DNA of 64,000 nucleotides from Gammaproteobacteria bacterium. GTDB lineage: Bacteria; Pseudomonadota; Gammaproteobacteria; QZLD01. The DNA lies in contig JAWSVB010000022.1 in assembly GCA_033852135.1 (NCBI GenBank), positions 101,936-165,935 on the forward strand, in the 5' to 3' direction. Shown here piece after piece: positions 18,028 to 27,707 of this stretch; the first letter of the stretch is position 1, and each line of letters opens with the position of its first letter. The position numbers and the translations under genes were made by a program. Below the pieces are notes generated by a model. The model saw only the letters and a list, made by a program, of their open reading frames with translations, was not told the DNA's origin and made no database searches.

Positions 18028-19302
18028 TTAGTCACACTCAGCAATTGCTTGCTCTATATCTGCAATAATATCATCTATGTGTTCTATACCTACTGATATC
18101 CGAACTAGATCGTTACTAACTCCTGCTGATTTAAGCTCATCATCATTTAGTTGCCTGTGAGTTGTGGAGGCAGGGTGGCAAGCAAGTGATTTAGCATCAC
18201 CAATATTTACCAACCTTGTTATCAGTTTTAGAGCATCGATAAATTTAGCGCCGTTCTCAACTGCTCCTTTCAGACCAAAGCTTAAAATCCCGCTGGCTTT
18301 ACCATTTGTTATTTTCCCAACCAAACTGTTATCTGGGTGAGATTCTAACCCTGCATAGCTAACCCATGAAACTTTTGGATGATTTTTAAGGTATTCAGCT
18401 ACCTTTTGCGCATTATCACAATGCCTTTCCATCCTAAGTGGTAGAGTTTCAATCCCTTGCAATATAAGAAAAGCATTAAAAGGTGATAACGCTGCACCAG
18501 TATTTCTCAGTGGAACAGTTCTGCAACGTCCTATAAATGCAGCAGGGCCAAACTGTTTTGTGTAAACAACATCATGGTAGGAAGGGTCAGGGTTATTTAG
18601 TGTAGGAAAACGCTCTTTATGTTCTGCCCAAGGGAACTTACCAGAGTCGACAACAACTCCACCAATTGTCGTACCGTGTCCACCCATGTATTTAGTAAGT
18701 GAGTGGATGACGATATCTGCACCTAGTTCAATAGGTCTGCATAGGTATGGGCTGGCAACAGTGTTATCTACGATTACAGGTACACCTTTTGCACGTGCAG
18801 CTTTTGCTAACGCAGCGATATCAGTGATGTTTCCAGCAGGGTTTCCGATCGATTCACAGAAGATAGCTTTGGTTTTATCATCAATTTTACTTATCATCGC
18901 CTCAACATCATTATAAGGGGCGAATCTAACCTCAATACCCTGTTTAGGTAGTGTATGAGCGAATAAGTTATAAGTTCCACCATATAACTTACTTGAGCTG
19001 ATAATATTATCTCCAGCTTCAGCAATTGTTTCTATTGCATAAGTGATTGCAGCCATGCCTGATGCAACAGCTAAACCACCGATGCCACCTTCCATATCCG
19101 CAACCCTTTCTTCCAATACTGCATTGGTTGGATTCATAATCCTGGTATAGATATTCCCAGCTACATCTAAATTAAATAGATCTGCACCATGTTGAGTGTT
19201 ATCGAATGCATAGGATGCTGTTTGGTATATCGGTACAGCAACAGCTTTAGTTGTTTCTTCTACTGAATATCCCGAGTGGATAGATTTAGTTTCGATTTTC
19301 AT
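18028..19302 (-). CDS. metY: O-acetylhomoserine/O-acetylserine sulfhydrylase (PLP-dependent Cys/Met metabolism enzyme)
   Basis: 'TKSIHSGY...AVPIYQTASYAF...HSLTKYMGGHGT' (PLP-Lys region); 424 aa. Confidence 0.88.
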   Translation of the reverse strand: MKIETKSIHSGYSVEETTKAVAVPIYQTASYAFDNTQHGADLFNLDVAGNIYTRIMNPTNAVLEERVADMEGGIGGLAVASGMAAITYAIETIAEAGDNIISSSKLYGGTYNLFAHTLPKQGIEVRFAPYNDVEAMISKIDDKTKAIFCESIGNPAGNITDIAALAKAARAKGVPVIVDNTVASPYLCRPIELGADIVIHSLTKYMGGHGTTIGGVVVDSGKFPWAEHKERFPTLNNPDPSYHDVVYTKQFGPAAFIGRCRTVPLRNTGAALSPFNAFLILQGIETLPLRMERHCDNAQKVAEYLKNHPKVSWVSYAGLESHPDNSLVGKITNGKASGILSFGLKGAVENGAKFIDALKLITRLVNIGDAKSLACHPASTTHRQLNDDELKSAGVSNDLVRISVGIEHIDDIIADIEQAIAECD

Positions 19303-19557
19303 ATGGATTTATCCTAAGTTTTTCACCGAATTTTGAAACTGCGATGCAAGGCCGGTGTCAATCAAGTGGGTAGTTTGTTGTTGTAGTTGATGTTAACAGA
19401 TTTTTTTTGGGATTAAAGGTTTATAACTTTATATACAAATAGCCCAATCAAAAGTTATGATGTCAACGGATTATTGTCTAATATCGTTATATAGAATTAC
19501 CTAACTTAAGTTCTTCTCAGAGCATTGATATATCTTATATACAGGGCTACAAATACC

Positions 19558-20814
19558 ATGAAACCTGATTTGCAAAAGAAACTAATTCTTCCTCTAATTG
19601 TACTAGTAATAAGCTCAATTATTATTGTAATACTTGTAATACTGCGCCCAGATCCTCCGAAAAAACATAAAAAGACAACTGAATATGGTGTCTTAGTGAT
19701 TGATGCTGTAAAAGGCGATTTTCAGCCCTATATACCCCTTTATGGCTTTGTTGAATCGCCTATGAACGCGCAGATTACCGCAGCAATATCCTCCGATGTT
19801 GAAAAAGTGATTGTTAGTGAGGGTGATTTTGTTGAGAAGGGACAGTTATTAATTCAGTTAGACCAGATAGATTATCAACTAAATCTGCATGATCGTGAGG
19901 CAGATTTAACTGATATTATCGCGCAAATTAAGACCGAGCAGCTGCAGTATGAGAATAATAAAGAAGCGATATTACATGAAAAGAGTCTGCTAGAACTTGC
20001 TAAAGGGGAGCTTAAAAGAGCAACAAAATTATATAAAAAGAAGCTTGGTTCTGAAAGCTCACTTGAGCAGGCAAAAAGCTCTGTAGAAAAACAGGAGCTT
20101 TCTTACAATTCTCGCAAGCTAGCTTTGGATCTGTATGACCTTAGGTTACAGCAGTTGCAGGCTAAAAAAATTCGGGGAGAGGCAGCGGTAGAGAGGGCAA
20201 AGCGTGATCTTGCCAGGGCATCAATTTTAGCTCCATTCTCAGGTAGGGTTGCTTCAGTTTATGTGGCTAATGGTGACAGAGTAAGCCCTGGTGCAAAAAT
20301 TATCTCAGTATATTCATTAGAGCAACTTGAGGTAAGAGCAGATATAAACTCAGTTGATATAACAACTATTAGAACTGAGTTAGCTCAAGGTAACTTGTTA
20401 AGTGCTTCTGGAACTATTGAAGGGGAAAGCATCAAATTGCAACTTGACCGTCTTTCTGGAAAAACTGAAAAGGGAAGAACTGGCGTAGCTGGATTATTTA
20501 AGATTACTGATGGTGGTGACAGGTTAACACTGGGAAGATTTATTGAGTTTGGCTTAGAGCTTCCACAGGTATCAGATCTATTCTCAATACCTTTACAGGC
20601 AATTTATGGAAAACAGCGTATCTATATAGCTAAAGATGGAGTAATGCAGCTGATAAATATAGATAAAGTTGGCCAGCATAAGCTACCAAGCGGTGAGGTC
20701 AGAGCATTGGTTAAATCTGAGCAGCTAAGCCAAGGTGATAAGATAATTGTTACCCAAATTCCAAATGCGATCCAAGGATTGCGCATTAAGATTATTAGTT
20801 CTTCTGAGCAGTAA
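19558..20814 (+). CDS. RND efflux periplasmic adaptor (membrane fusion protein, HlyD family)
   Basis: ATG at 19558 (the listed ORF starts at an upstream TTG). N-terminal TM, long coiled-coil region, beta-barrel and lipoyl-like segments. Directly upstream of an RND permease. Confidence 0.8.
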   Translation: MKPDLQKKLILPLIVLVISSIIIVILVILRPDPPKKHKKTTEYGVLVIDAVKGDFQPYIPLYGFVESPMNAQITAAISSDVEKVIVSEGDFVEKGQLLIQLDQIDYQLNLHDREADLTDIIAQIKTEQLQYENNKEAILHEKSLLELAKGELKRATKLYKKKLGSESSLEQAKSSVEKQELSYNSRKLALDLYDLRLQQLQAKKIRGEAAVERAKRDLARASILAPFSGRVASVYVANGDRVSPGAKIISVYSLEQLEVRADINSVDITTIRTELAQGNLLSASGTIEGESIKLQLDRLSGKTEKGRTGVAGLFKITDGGDRLTLGRFIEFGLELPQVSDLFSIPLQAIYGKQRIYIAKDGVMQLINIDKVGQHKLPSGEVRALVKSEQLSQGDKIIVTQIPNAIQGLRIKIISSSEQ

Positions 20815-20832
20815 CGGATTAGGTGACACAAC

Positions 20833-23800
20833 ATGGAAACAAATAAAAACAATTTAATAACGATGTTCGTACAACATCGTGTTGCTCCAAATCTGTTGAT
20901 GATTATTTTGATTCTTGCTGGAGCATGGGGTTTAAATAAACTTCGTACCCAGTTTTTTCCATCTTTTGAGACTGGATATATTGTTGTTTCAGTAATTTGG
21001 ACTGGAGCAAGCTCCGAAGATATCGAAGAGGGTATTACAGTTCCGTTAGAGCAGGAGCTAAGAACAGTTGATGACCTATATGAGATAAAGTCATCTTCTT
21101 CTGATGGAGCTTCAGTTATATCGCTTCAGTTTGAAGAAGGGATAGATATGGCAATGGCGCTGGATAATGTGAAGGATGCCGTTGATACGGTTACAACTCT
21201 TCCAGAATCAGCTGAAACTCCCCGGGTAAAACGGGCTATCCATTATGATTTGATCTCTAAACTAATGATAACTGGCGATGTAGATATTGATGAGTTACGC
21301 CATTGGGCACGAGATATAGAAACTGATTTACTCTCGCGCGGAATAGCTAAGATAGAGATCTCAGGTATGCCGGAAGAGGAGATATCAATTGAGGTTCCCA
21401 ACTCAAAGTTAAAAGAGCTGAATATGACATTGGCTCAGGTATCGCAAAGAATTTCAGATCAAAGTAAAGACGTACCAGTTGGAAAAATTGGTGGTGACCA
21501 GGTTTCAAAGCAGATTCGTGGCCTTTCTCAAAAAAGGAAAGAGACTGAATTTGCGCAAATACCATTAGTTGCAAACCCATCGGGTGAATTTGTTTTACTA
21601 GGAGATGTTGCACAGGTAGAGCGGAAAAATAAGCGCAAAGAGATAACAACTTTTTATAAAGGTAATCCAGCAATATCGCTACGCCTTCTTAGATCGGATA
21701 AATCTGATTCCCTTGAAGGGGCAAGAATTCTTCAAGATTGGCTGCAAGAGTATCAAGTAAAACTACCAGATGGTGTTGAGCTGATTGTATATCAAAAGCA
21801 ATGGGAACTGATTGAAGATAGGATATCAATCTTATTAGAGAACGGTATTCAAGGGATTATCTTAATCATTATAGTGCTATTTCTATTCTTAAACGGAAGA
21901 GTAGCTTTCTGGGTGATGATGGGAGTTCCTGTATCGTTTTTAGCTGCACTAGCCATATTGTATTTTTTTGGCGGAACTATAAATATGCTCAGTTTGTTTG
22001 GGCTTATTATGTCGCTGGGGATCATAGTCGATGATGCAATTGTTGTGGGGGAGGATGCTCAAACTCACTATGACCGAGGTGAGAGCGGTTTAACTGCTGC
22101 TAATGGTGGCGCACTTAGGATGCTTGCGCCGGTTGTTGCATCATCAATGACCACAATGGCAGCCTTCTTTCCTTTAATGATGATTAGCGGAATTATGGGA
22201 AAAATCTTATTTGATATTCCTATGGTCGTTATCTGTGTGATATTGGCTTCTTTGGTTGAATGTTTCTTGGTTCTACCGGGTCATTTAAAGCACTCATTTG
22301 ATGGTTTGCATCATGCAAGGCAAAGTCGTATCAGAGATTATCTAGATAACAAATTTAATCACTTTAAAGATAATATTTTTAAACCATTAGTTACTAATGC
22401 AGTTGCTTATCGCTGGACAACAATATTTGCAGCTATAGCTTTGTTAGTAGTTGTAATGTCTTATTGGATATTAGGTTATATGTCGTTTTCTTTTTTCCCA
22501 TCACCAGAAGGAAAGAGGTTGTATGCAGACGTTTCTTTTGTTGCGGGTACTCCAAAAAACACCGTGATAAATTTTGCTAGCGATGTTGAAAAAGCATTGT
22601 ATAAAACAGATAAGGATCTTGGTGGTGGGTTAGTTACCACTGCAGTTTTATCTCTTGGAAGAACCTCATCATCTAATGATGGCAATTATTCTATAGGTGA
22701 TGAAAGCTTTTGGCTTGAGGTGGAGTTGCTTGAGTCAGATAAAAGAGAGGTCAATAATGCGCAGTTTTTACGTGAATGGCAGAGTAATGTTGTAAAAGTT
22801 TCTGGTATAGAAAAATTTGCATTGTATGCACCAAGAAGAGGTCCTCCGGGGAAAGATCTAGATGCAAAGATTACAGGGCAACCGCTTAATATATTAAAAG
22901 CAGCAGCTGAAGAGATAGCCGAAAACATGCAATCATACCCCGGTGTGAGTGGAGTTGCTGATAACCTCCCTTATGGAAATGAGCAGATAATCTTTCGTAT
23001 AAATGCCCAGGGGCAGGTCTTAGGACTTACTTCGCAAGAGATAGGAAGACAGCTTCGAGGTGCTTTTGATGGCTATCTAGTTCAAACATTCCAAGATGGT
23101 ATAGAAAAGGTTGAAGTGAGAGTAAGTCTTCCTGAAATTGAAAGAGATAGGCTGGCTACTTTATCTGAGTTTGCCATTGTGCTGCCTGATGGTAATACCG
23201 CATCATTAGCAACTGTGGTTGATCTAGATAATGATAGAGGTTATGAAAAAATCCAGCATAGTGCTGGTGAGAGAGCAGTGCATGTGACTGCTGATGTAGA
23301 TTCTGCACTTAATAATAGTAATAAGTTAATCGATGCTATGAAATTGGACGTTGTTCCAGCAATTGCAGAAAAGTATGGAGTAACTATCGCTTTTGAGGGC
23401 AAAGCTCGTGAACAGAATGAAGCTTTGGCTGATATGCAAATTGCATTGGTTTTATCACTGATTGTGATTTATATCATTCTAGCCTGGGTATTTGGCTCGT
23501 ATGGATGGCCGCTTGTTGTTATGTGCGCAATCCCATTTGGTCTTATTGGAGCTGTTTCTGGGCATATCTTTATGGGAATTGATATGACTATCCTTTCCTT
23601 GTTTGGCATGTTTGGCCTTACAGGTATTGTGGTTAATGACTCTATTATCCTCGTAGTCTTTTATAAAGAGCTGCGGCAGAAAGGAGTGCCCATTGATAGA
23701 GCTATAGTTGAAGCTGCTTGTCAGCGTCTAAGAGCAGTTATATTGACATCATTAACCACTATTGGTGGCTTGATATTCTTGGTGTTTGAAACATCTCTAC

Positions 23801-24000
23801 AAGCTCAGTTTTTGATTCCAATGGCTGTATCAATGGCATTTGGGTTAGCTTCAGCAACATTCTTGGTTCTTTTGGTTATCCCAGCGATGTTATCAGTGCA
23901 AGAATCAGCCAATATTCTAAGTAGAAAGATCATAGGGGCAGGTGTTGATGGAATAAAAACTGGGGTTAAGGCTTGGTTGCCAAAACCTGATGACAAATAA
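20833..24000 (+). CDS. RND family efflux permease (AcrB/HAE1-like, 12 TM)
   Basis: 1055 aa, two large periplasmic loops, 'GLIMSLGIIVDDAIVVGE' is the conserved TM4 motif. No outer-membrane factor gene adjacent. Confidence 0.88.
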   Translation: METNKNNLITMFVQHRVAPNLLMIILILAGAWGLNKLRTQFFPSFETGYIVVSVIWTGASSEDIEEGITVPLEQELRTVDDLYEIKSSSSDGASVISLQFEEGIDMAMALDNVKDAVDTVTTLPESAETPRVKRAIHYDLISKLMITGDVDIDELRHWARDIETDLLSRGIAKIEISGMPEEEISIEVPNSKLKELNMTLAQVSQRISDQSKDVPVGKIGGDQVSKQIRGLSQKRKETEFAQIPLVANPSGEFVLLGDVAQVERKNKRKEITTFYKGNPAISLRLLRSDKSDSLEGARILQDWLQEYQVKLPDGVELIVYQKQWELIEDRISILLENGIQGIILIIIVLFLFLNGRVAFWVMMGVPVSFLAALAILYFFGGTINMLSLFGLIMSLGIIVDDAIVVGEDAQTHYDRGESGLTAANGGALRMLAPVVASSMTTMAAFFPLMMISGIMGKILFDIPMVVICVILASLVECFLVLPGHLKHSFDGLHHARQSRIRDYLDNKFNHFKDNIFKPLVTNAVAYRWTTIFAAIALLVVVMSYWILGYMSFSFFPSPEGKRLYADVSFVAGTPKNTVINFASDVEKALYKTDKDLGGGLVTTAVLSLGRTSSSNDGNYSIGDESFWLEVELLESDKREVNNAQFLREWQSNVVKVSGIEKFALYAPRRGPPGKDLDAKITGQPLNILKAAAEEIAENMQSYPGVSGVADNLPYGNEQIIFRINAQGQVLGLTSQEIGRQLRGAFDGYLVQTFQDGIEKVEVRVSLPEIERDRLATLSEFAIVLPDGNTASLATVVDLDNDRGYEKIQHSAGERAVHVTADVDSALNNSNKLIDAMKLDVVPAIAEKYGVTIAFEGKAREQNEALADMQIALVLSLIVIYIILAWVFGSYGWPLVVMCAIPFGLIGAVSGHIFMGIDMTILSLFGMFGLTGIVVNDSIILVVFYKELRQKGVPIDRAIVEAACQRLRAVILTSLTTIGGLIFLVFETSLQAQFLIPMAVSMAFGLASATFLVLLVIPAMLSVQESANILSRKIIGAGVDGIKTGVKAWLPKPDDK

Positions 24001-24047
24001 AAGAAGTAATATTTAGTTGTATTTATTAATTTTGGTTTTATTAAATA

Positions 24048-24082
24048 TTAAGGGCGCAATATGTAATATGTTGCGCCCTTAA
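24048..24082. terminator. Bidirectional intrinsic terminator between converging RND and HD-GYP genes
   Basis: AGGGCGCAA-loop-TTGCGCCCT hairpin flanked by A/T runs. Confidence 0.75.
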
Positions 24083-24111
24083 TTATCAGAATGGATTTTA
24101 CCTATTACAAA

Positions 24112-25278
24112 CTAAGCTTTTGCAACCTGTTCACGCTTATTTTTGTTCAGCATGACGGCATTAAAATGCTCTACCCATTTATCAGAAAACTGAGTGCCTG
24201 AACATGCATTTATCTCAGATATACCTCTGATATATGTACGCTTGTGATCTCGGTCAGATCTATTATTTGTCATGGAGTAAAAAGCATCAACAATAGCCAT
24301 TATCTTGGCTCCATCAGAGATGCTAGCGCTTTTTAGTCCCTCTGGATAACCTTTCCCATCTGGTCTTTCATGGTGTTGTTGCACTATGGTGCCAGTATCA
24401 TTCCAATTTATTAACCTTTTAGTGATAGATGCACCCTGCGATGTATGGCGGTTGATTAGATTAACTTCATCTTTGCTTAGTTTGCCCTTTTTAAACATTA
24501 CATGGTTGGGTATAAATGCCATGCCGATATCATGCAAGCAAACAGCAGCTGTTAGTTTACTTGGGTCTAGTGGATTTCCGGCAGATTCATTTATGCTAAG
24601 TGCAAGCTCGATTAACTGCTGCGTTCTACCTTCCCAAGCGGGATTCTTTTTATCAATTTTGGCTGCAAGCATCCGGAAAAATTTTAAATCATCCCGCATC
24701 CCTTGGGTTAACGAAACATCATTTGCTTCAATAGATTCTTGGTTTTTATTCCTCTTAGGTTTGATATCTTTTTCAGGTTCTGGTGCAGTAGTTGTTTCAG
24801 CTGGTACAGGGTTAAATCTACCAGTGATAAGGGTGATAAGTTTTTCAGCTTCATCAGTATATTCAGCATCTTTTGCTTTTGAAATCTTAGTTAATAGAGT
24901 TTGAATCTCTTCACGTTGAAATTCAGCAATAGACTTGTGATTAATTACTGCATAGATAACCTCTTTTAAACGATCAAGAGAGATTAGTACTACATCGCAT
25001 AAAGTATCATTGAATTGGATTTTTTTGGTTTTGATCGAGTAAATTACATCTTCAATTGCTTGGCTTAAAGATACAATTGGGTCAAGTTCACATACAGTAG
25101 CATTGGATTTGACTGAATGAATAGCTCGGAAACAGTCATCAATAAGAAACTGGTCATCAGGTTGACTAATTAGAGTTGATAAGTTTGTTTCGATAGTTGC
25201 ATAACTTTCAGAAAAGTTATCAAGCAGGTCCTGAATTAATTCTTCTTCAACATTGTGGATATAGATTTCTTCAGACAT
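24112..25278 (-). CDS. HPt-like domain fused to HD-GYP c-di-GMP phosphodiesterase
   Basis: C-terminus: 'HDIGMAFIP...HHERPDGKGYPEGL' (HD and GYP motifs). N-terminus: 'CFRAIHSVKSNATVCELDPIVSLSQAIEDV' resembles the CheA-P1/HPt consensus 'FRAAHSIKGGAGTFG'. Pro/Thr/Glu-rich linker between them. Confidence 0.7.
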   Translation of the reverse strand: MSEEIYIHNVEEELIQDLLDNFSESYATIETNLSTLISQPDDQFLIDDCFRAIHSVKSNATVCELDPIVSLSQAIEDVIYSIKTKKIQFNDTLCDVVLISLDRLKEVIYAVINHKSIAEFQREEIQTLLTKISKAKDAEYTDEAEKLITLITGRFNPVPAETTTAPEPEKDIKPKRNKNQESIEANDVSLTQGMRDDLKFFRMLAAKIDKKNPAWEGRTQQLIELALSINESAGNPLDPSKLTAAVCLHDIGMAFIPNHVMFKKGKLSKDEVNLINRHTSQGASITKRLINWNDTGTIVQQHHERPDGKGYPEGLKSASISDGAKIMAIVDAFYSMTNNRSDRDHKRTYIRGISEINACSGTQFSDKWVEHFNAVMLNKNKREQVAKA

Positions 25279-25427
25279 TTTAATTCACACTAAATTAACA
25301 ACACACATTAATGAATATAGCTAATTTTTGAAGTAAATCTGTATAGAGGTTCAAAAATGGATAGGATAATAGTTCGAATGTTTCACAATAATAACAAAAG
25401 ATGAAAAATTACCCCTAGAGGTAGGAA

Positions 25428-26294
25428 CTATGGAGATATCTTCTCTTTAGATATTATCCCTTCAAGCCACTGTATTGCTTCATTAACAGTTTGAACCCTG
25501 GTACGAGGGTCAGGTCTGAGCATTTGGGCAATTAGTTGTGATAGTTGAGACCCTACAAGCGGGGATATGAACTGGTCCGGGAGAGAGCAAACATTTTTTG
25601 CATTGAGGATTTGTTCAGCAGTTGAAGAGCCGGTATTCCACTTTTTTCCTGTAACAAGCTCATAAAAAATAACTCCAACTTGAAATATATCGCTTTGTTC
25701 CAGCCATTGTTCTCCTTGGGCTTGCTCAGGACTCAGATACTCAGTAGAACATTGGGCTGTAGTATGCATTACTTTATGTTTTTTAAAGAAAGCAGAAGCA
25801 AAATCCACAAGGTAAACATGTCCTTTTTTACCGAGAATAATATTTTCTGGAGTGATATTGCCATGAATTACAGGCTCTTTGCATAGGTGGAGGTATTTGA
25901 GTGCTCCGAGTATTTGCGATACAACGCCAACTGCAAAGCGAGGGTTCTTATAAATCTGTGCTGGCTTTTCAGCGCACAGCGCTTTTAGCGACATACCTTT
26001 AACGTAATTATATGCAATATAATGGATGTCATTGACTTTGCCGTGCTCAGTATATTTAGGAAACTGTTTGCCTTTGAGAAGGTTTAAGATTTTTCCTTCA
26101 AGTTGGAATTGCTTAATTGCTTTTTCATTTGTAGAAAGTTTTGAATCTAAAAATTTAATATAAAGTGGTGCCTTATCCTTTTTTTCAGCCACGCCAATAG
26201 CGGCTCTATAAAAAGAATCTTTTTTAAGTGGTCTGAGAAAATAGTTTCCTGTACGAAAAGGAAACGGAGTTGCACTACCTTGTTGTGTGTTCAT
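25428..26294 (-). CDS. Protein-kinase-like protein (Ser/Thr kinase fold) with substituted catalytic loop; probable pseudokinase
   Basis: Kinase landmarks are present: 'YIKFLD' (VAIK Lys), 'EGKIL' (alpha-C Glu), 'YLSPE' (APE). The HRD catalytic loop reads 'HGNITPEN' (no Asp) and DFG reads 'DFA'. Confidence 0.6.
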   Translation of the reverse strand: MNTQQGSATPFPFRTGNYFLRPLKKDSFYRAAIGVAEKKDKAPLYIKFLDSKLSTNEKAIKQFQLEGKILNLLKGKQFPKYTEHGKVNDIHYIAYNYVKGMSLKALCAEKPAQIYKNPRFAVGVVSQILGALKYLHLCKEPVIHGNITPENIILGKKGHVYLVDFASAFFKKHKVMHTTAQCSTEYLSPEQAQGEQWLEQSDIFQVGVIFYELVTGKKWNTGSSTAEQILNAKNVCSLPDQFISPLVGSQLSQLIAQMLRPDPRTRVQTVNEAIQWLEGIISKEKISP

Positions 26295-26681
26295 AACTGC
26301 TACCGCTCATCTATTCCTTGTTATAGTTATTTAGATGTCTGCCATCATTTTTTTATAATTAATCTGGCAACTTGGGTAATCTTTTTTGATTTACCTATGC
26401 AGCCAATAATGTATATAACATCATATTTTTACTGACTCGGCAAGATAATTGTTTCTACTCTACTATTTTGATTTGTAAGAATATTATTCTATATAACTAA
26501 TTGAATATTGATTTCAAAAAAACTGTTATCTGCGTCACAAAAATTGATTTTATAGTGTGGGTGGTTTCAAGAGTAATAATGACCTGAAAAAGAACGGTAA
26601 CAGAGCTTATATAGAGTGTACGCCACCTGGAATATTCCCTATAATGCACAAATTGAAATGTAAACAGATGAGCTGAGAATT

Positions 26682-27527
26682 ATGAACAAGATGAAAAACG
26701 TCCTTCCTAATGATATTAAACAGATTGTAGATGTAGCTTTAAAAGAGGATGTTGGCGCTGGAGATTTAACTGCTAGCCTAGTGCCACAAACATCAGCAAA
26801 AGCTGCTGTTATTTGTCGTGAATCAGCTGTTATTTCTGGTCAGGAATGGTTTGATGAGGTTTTTCGCCAGCTAAGTTCAGATATTGATATCAATTGGCAT
26901 GTGGCTGATGGAGATGCTGTTAAGCCGGGAACTCTATTATGTGAATTATCAGGGGACGCTCAAGTTCTTCTGACAGGTGAAAGAACAGCTCTCAATTTTC
27001 TGCAATCTCTTTCTGGTGTGGCTACAATTACAGCTCATTATGTTTCACTATTAAAAGGTACTAAAACCAATATCTTAGATACAAGAAAAACAATCCCAGG
27101 TTTGAGAACAGCTCAGAAATATGCAGTTAAATGCGGTGGTGGTATGAACCACCGTATGGGATTATTTGATGCTATTTTAATCAAAGAGAATCACATCATG
27201 GCTGCAGGTACAATTGAAAATGCTGTTGCCAATGCACGCAAATTATATCCAGAGACCCCAATAGAGGTTGAAGTTGAGAGCCTTGATGAGCTAAAACAGG
27301 TTTTAAATACTGAAGCTAATTCAGTTTTATTGGATAATTTTTCCAGAGGAGATCTACGTACAGCGGTATCTTGGTGTGAGGGAAAGCTTAAAACAGAAGC
27401 ATCTGGTGGAATTGAAGAGGACACTATTCGGGAAATAGCTGAATGTGGAGTAGATTTTATTTCGGTAGGGGCTTTGACAAAGAATGTACGGGCGTTAGAC
27501 CTATCGATGCGCTTTGAAATTAGTTAA
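26682..27527 (+). CDS. nadC: Nicotinate-nucleotide pyrophosphorylase (quinolinate phosphoribosyltransferase)
   Basis: 'LKEDVGAGDLTA', 'LTGERTALNFLQ', 'ILDTRKTIPGLR', 'MLDNF', 'EASGGI' are canonical NadC motifs. Confidence 0.92.
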   Translation: MNKMKNVLPNDIKQIVDVALKEDVGAGDLTASLVPQTSAKAAVICRESAVISGQEWFDEVFRQLSSDIDINWHVADGDAVKPGTLLCELSGDAQVLLTGERTALNFLQSLSGVATITAHYVSLLKGTKTNILDTRKTIPGLRTAQKYAVKCGGGMNHRMGLFDAILIKENHIMAAGTIENAVANARKLYPETPIEVEVESLDELKQVLNTEANSVLLDNFSRGDLRTAVSWCEGKLKTEASGGIEEDTIREIAECGVDFISVGALTKNVRALDLSMRFEIS

Positions 27528-27707
27528 ATCAACAGGCCTAAATGCCTAATTGTCATGTTATTAGGATTTTTTAAGAGAATAAACATGGGGCACCCATTTA
27601 AAATGCATAATAACTGAACTAGTATTAGTTTATATAAATAGATTTTGTATATCCTGTATATACAGCAAATTTTTTAATTATTAGTTTAATTCGGTGTTAA
27701 TTAGGTA

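Noticed and set aside
19303-19557. Possible SAM-responsive riboswitch in the metY leader.
   Set aside because: I could not find the conserved SAM-I, SAM-II or SAM/SAH core motifs by eye. It would need an Rfam scan, so it is not claimed.
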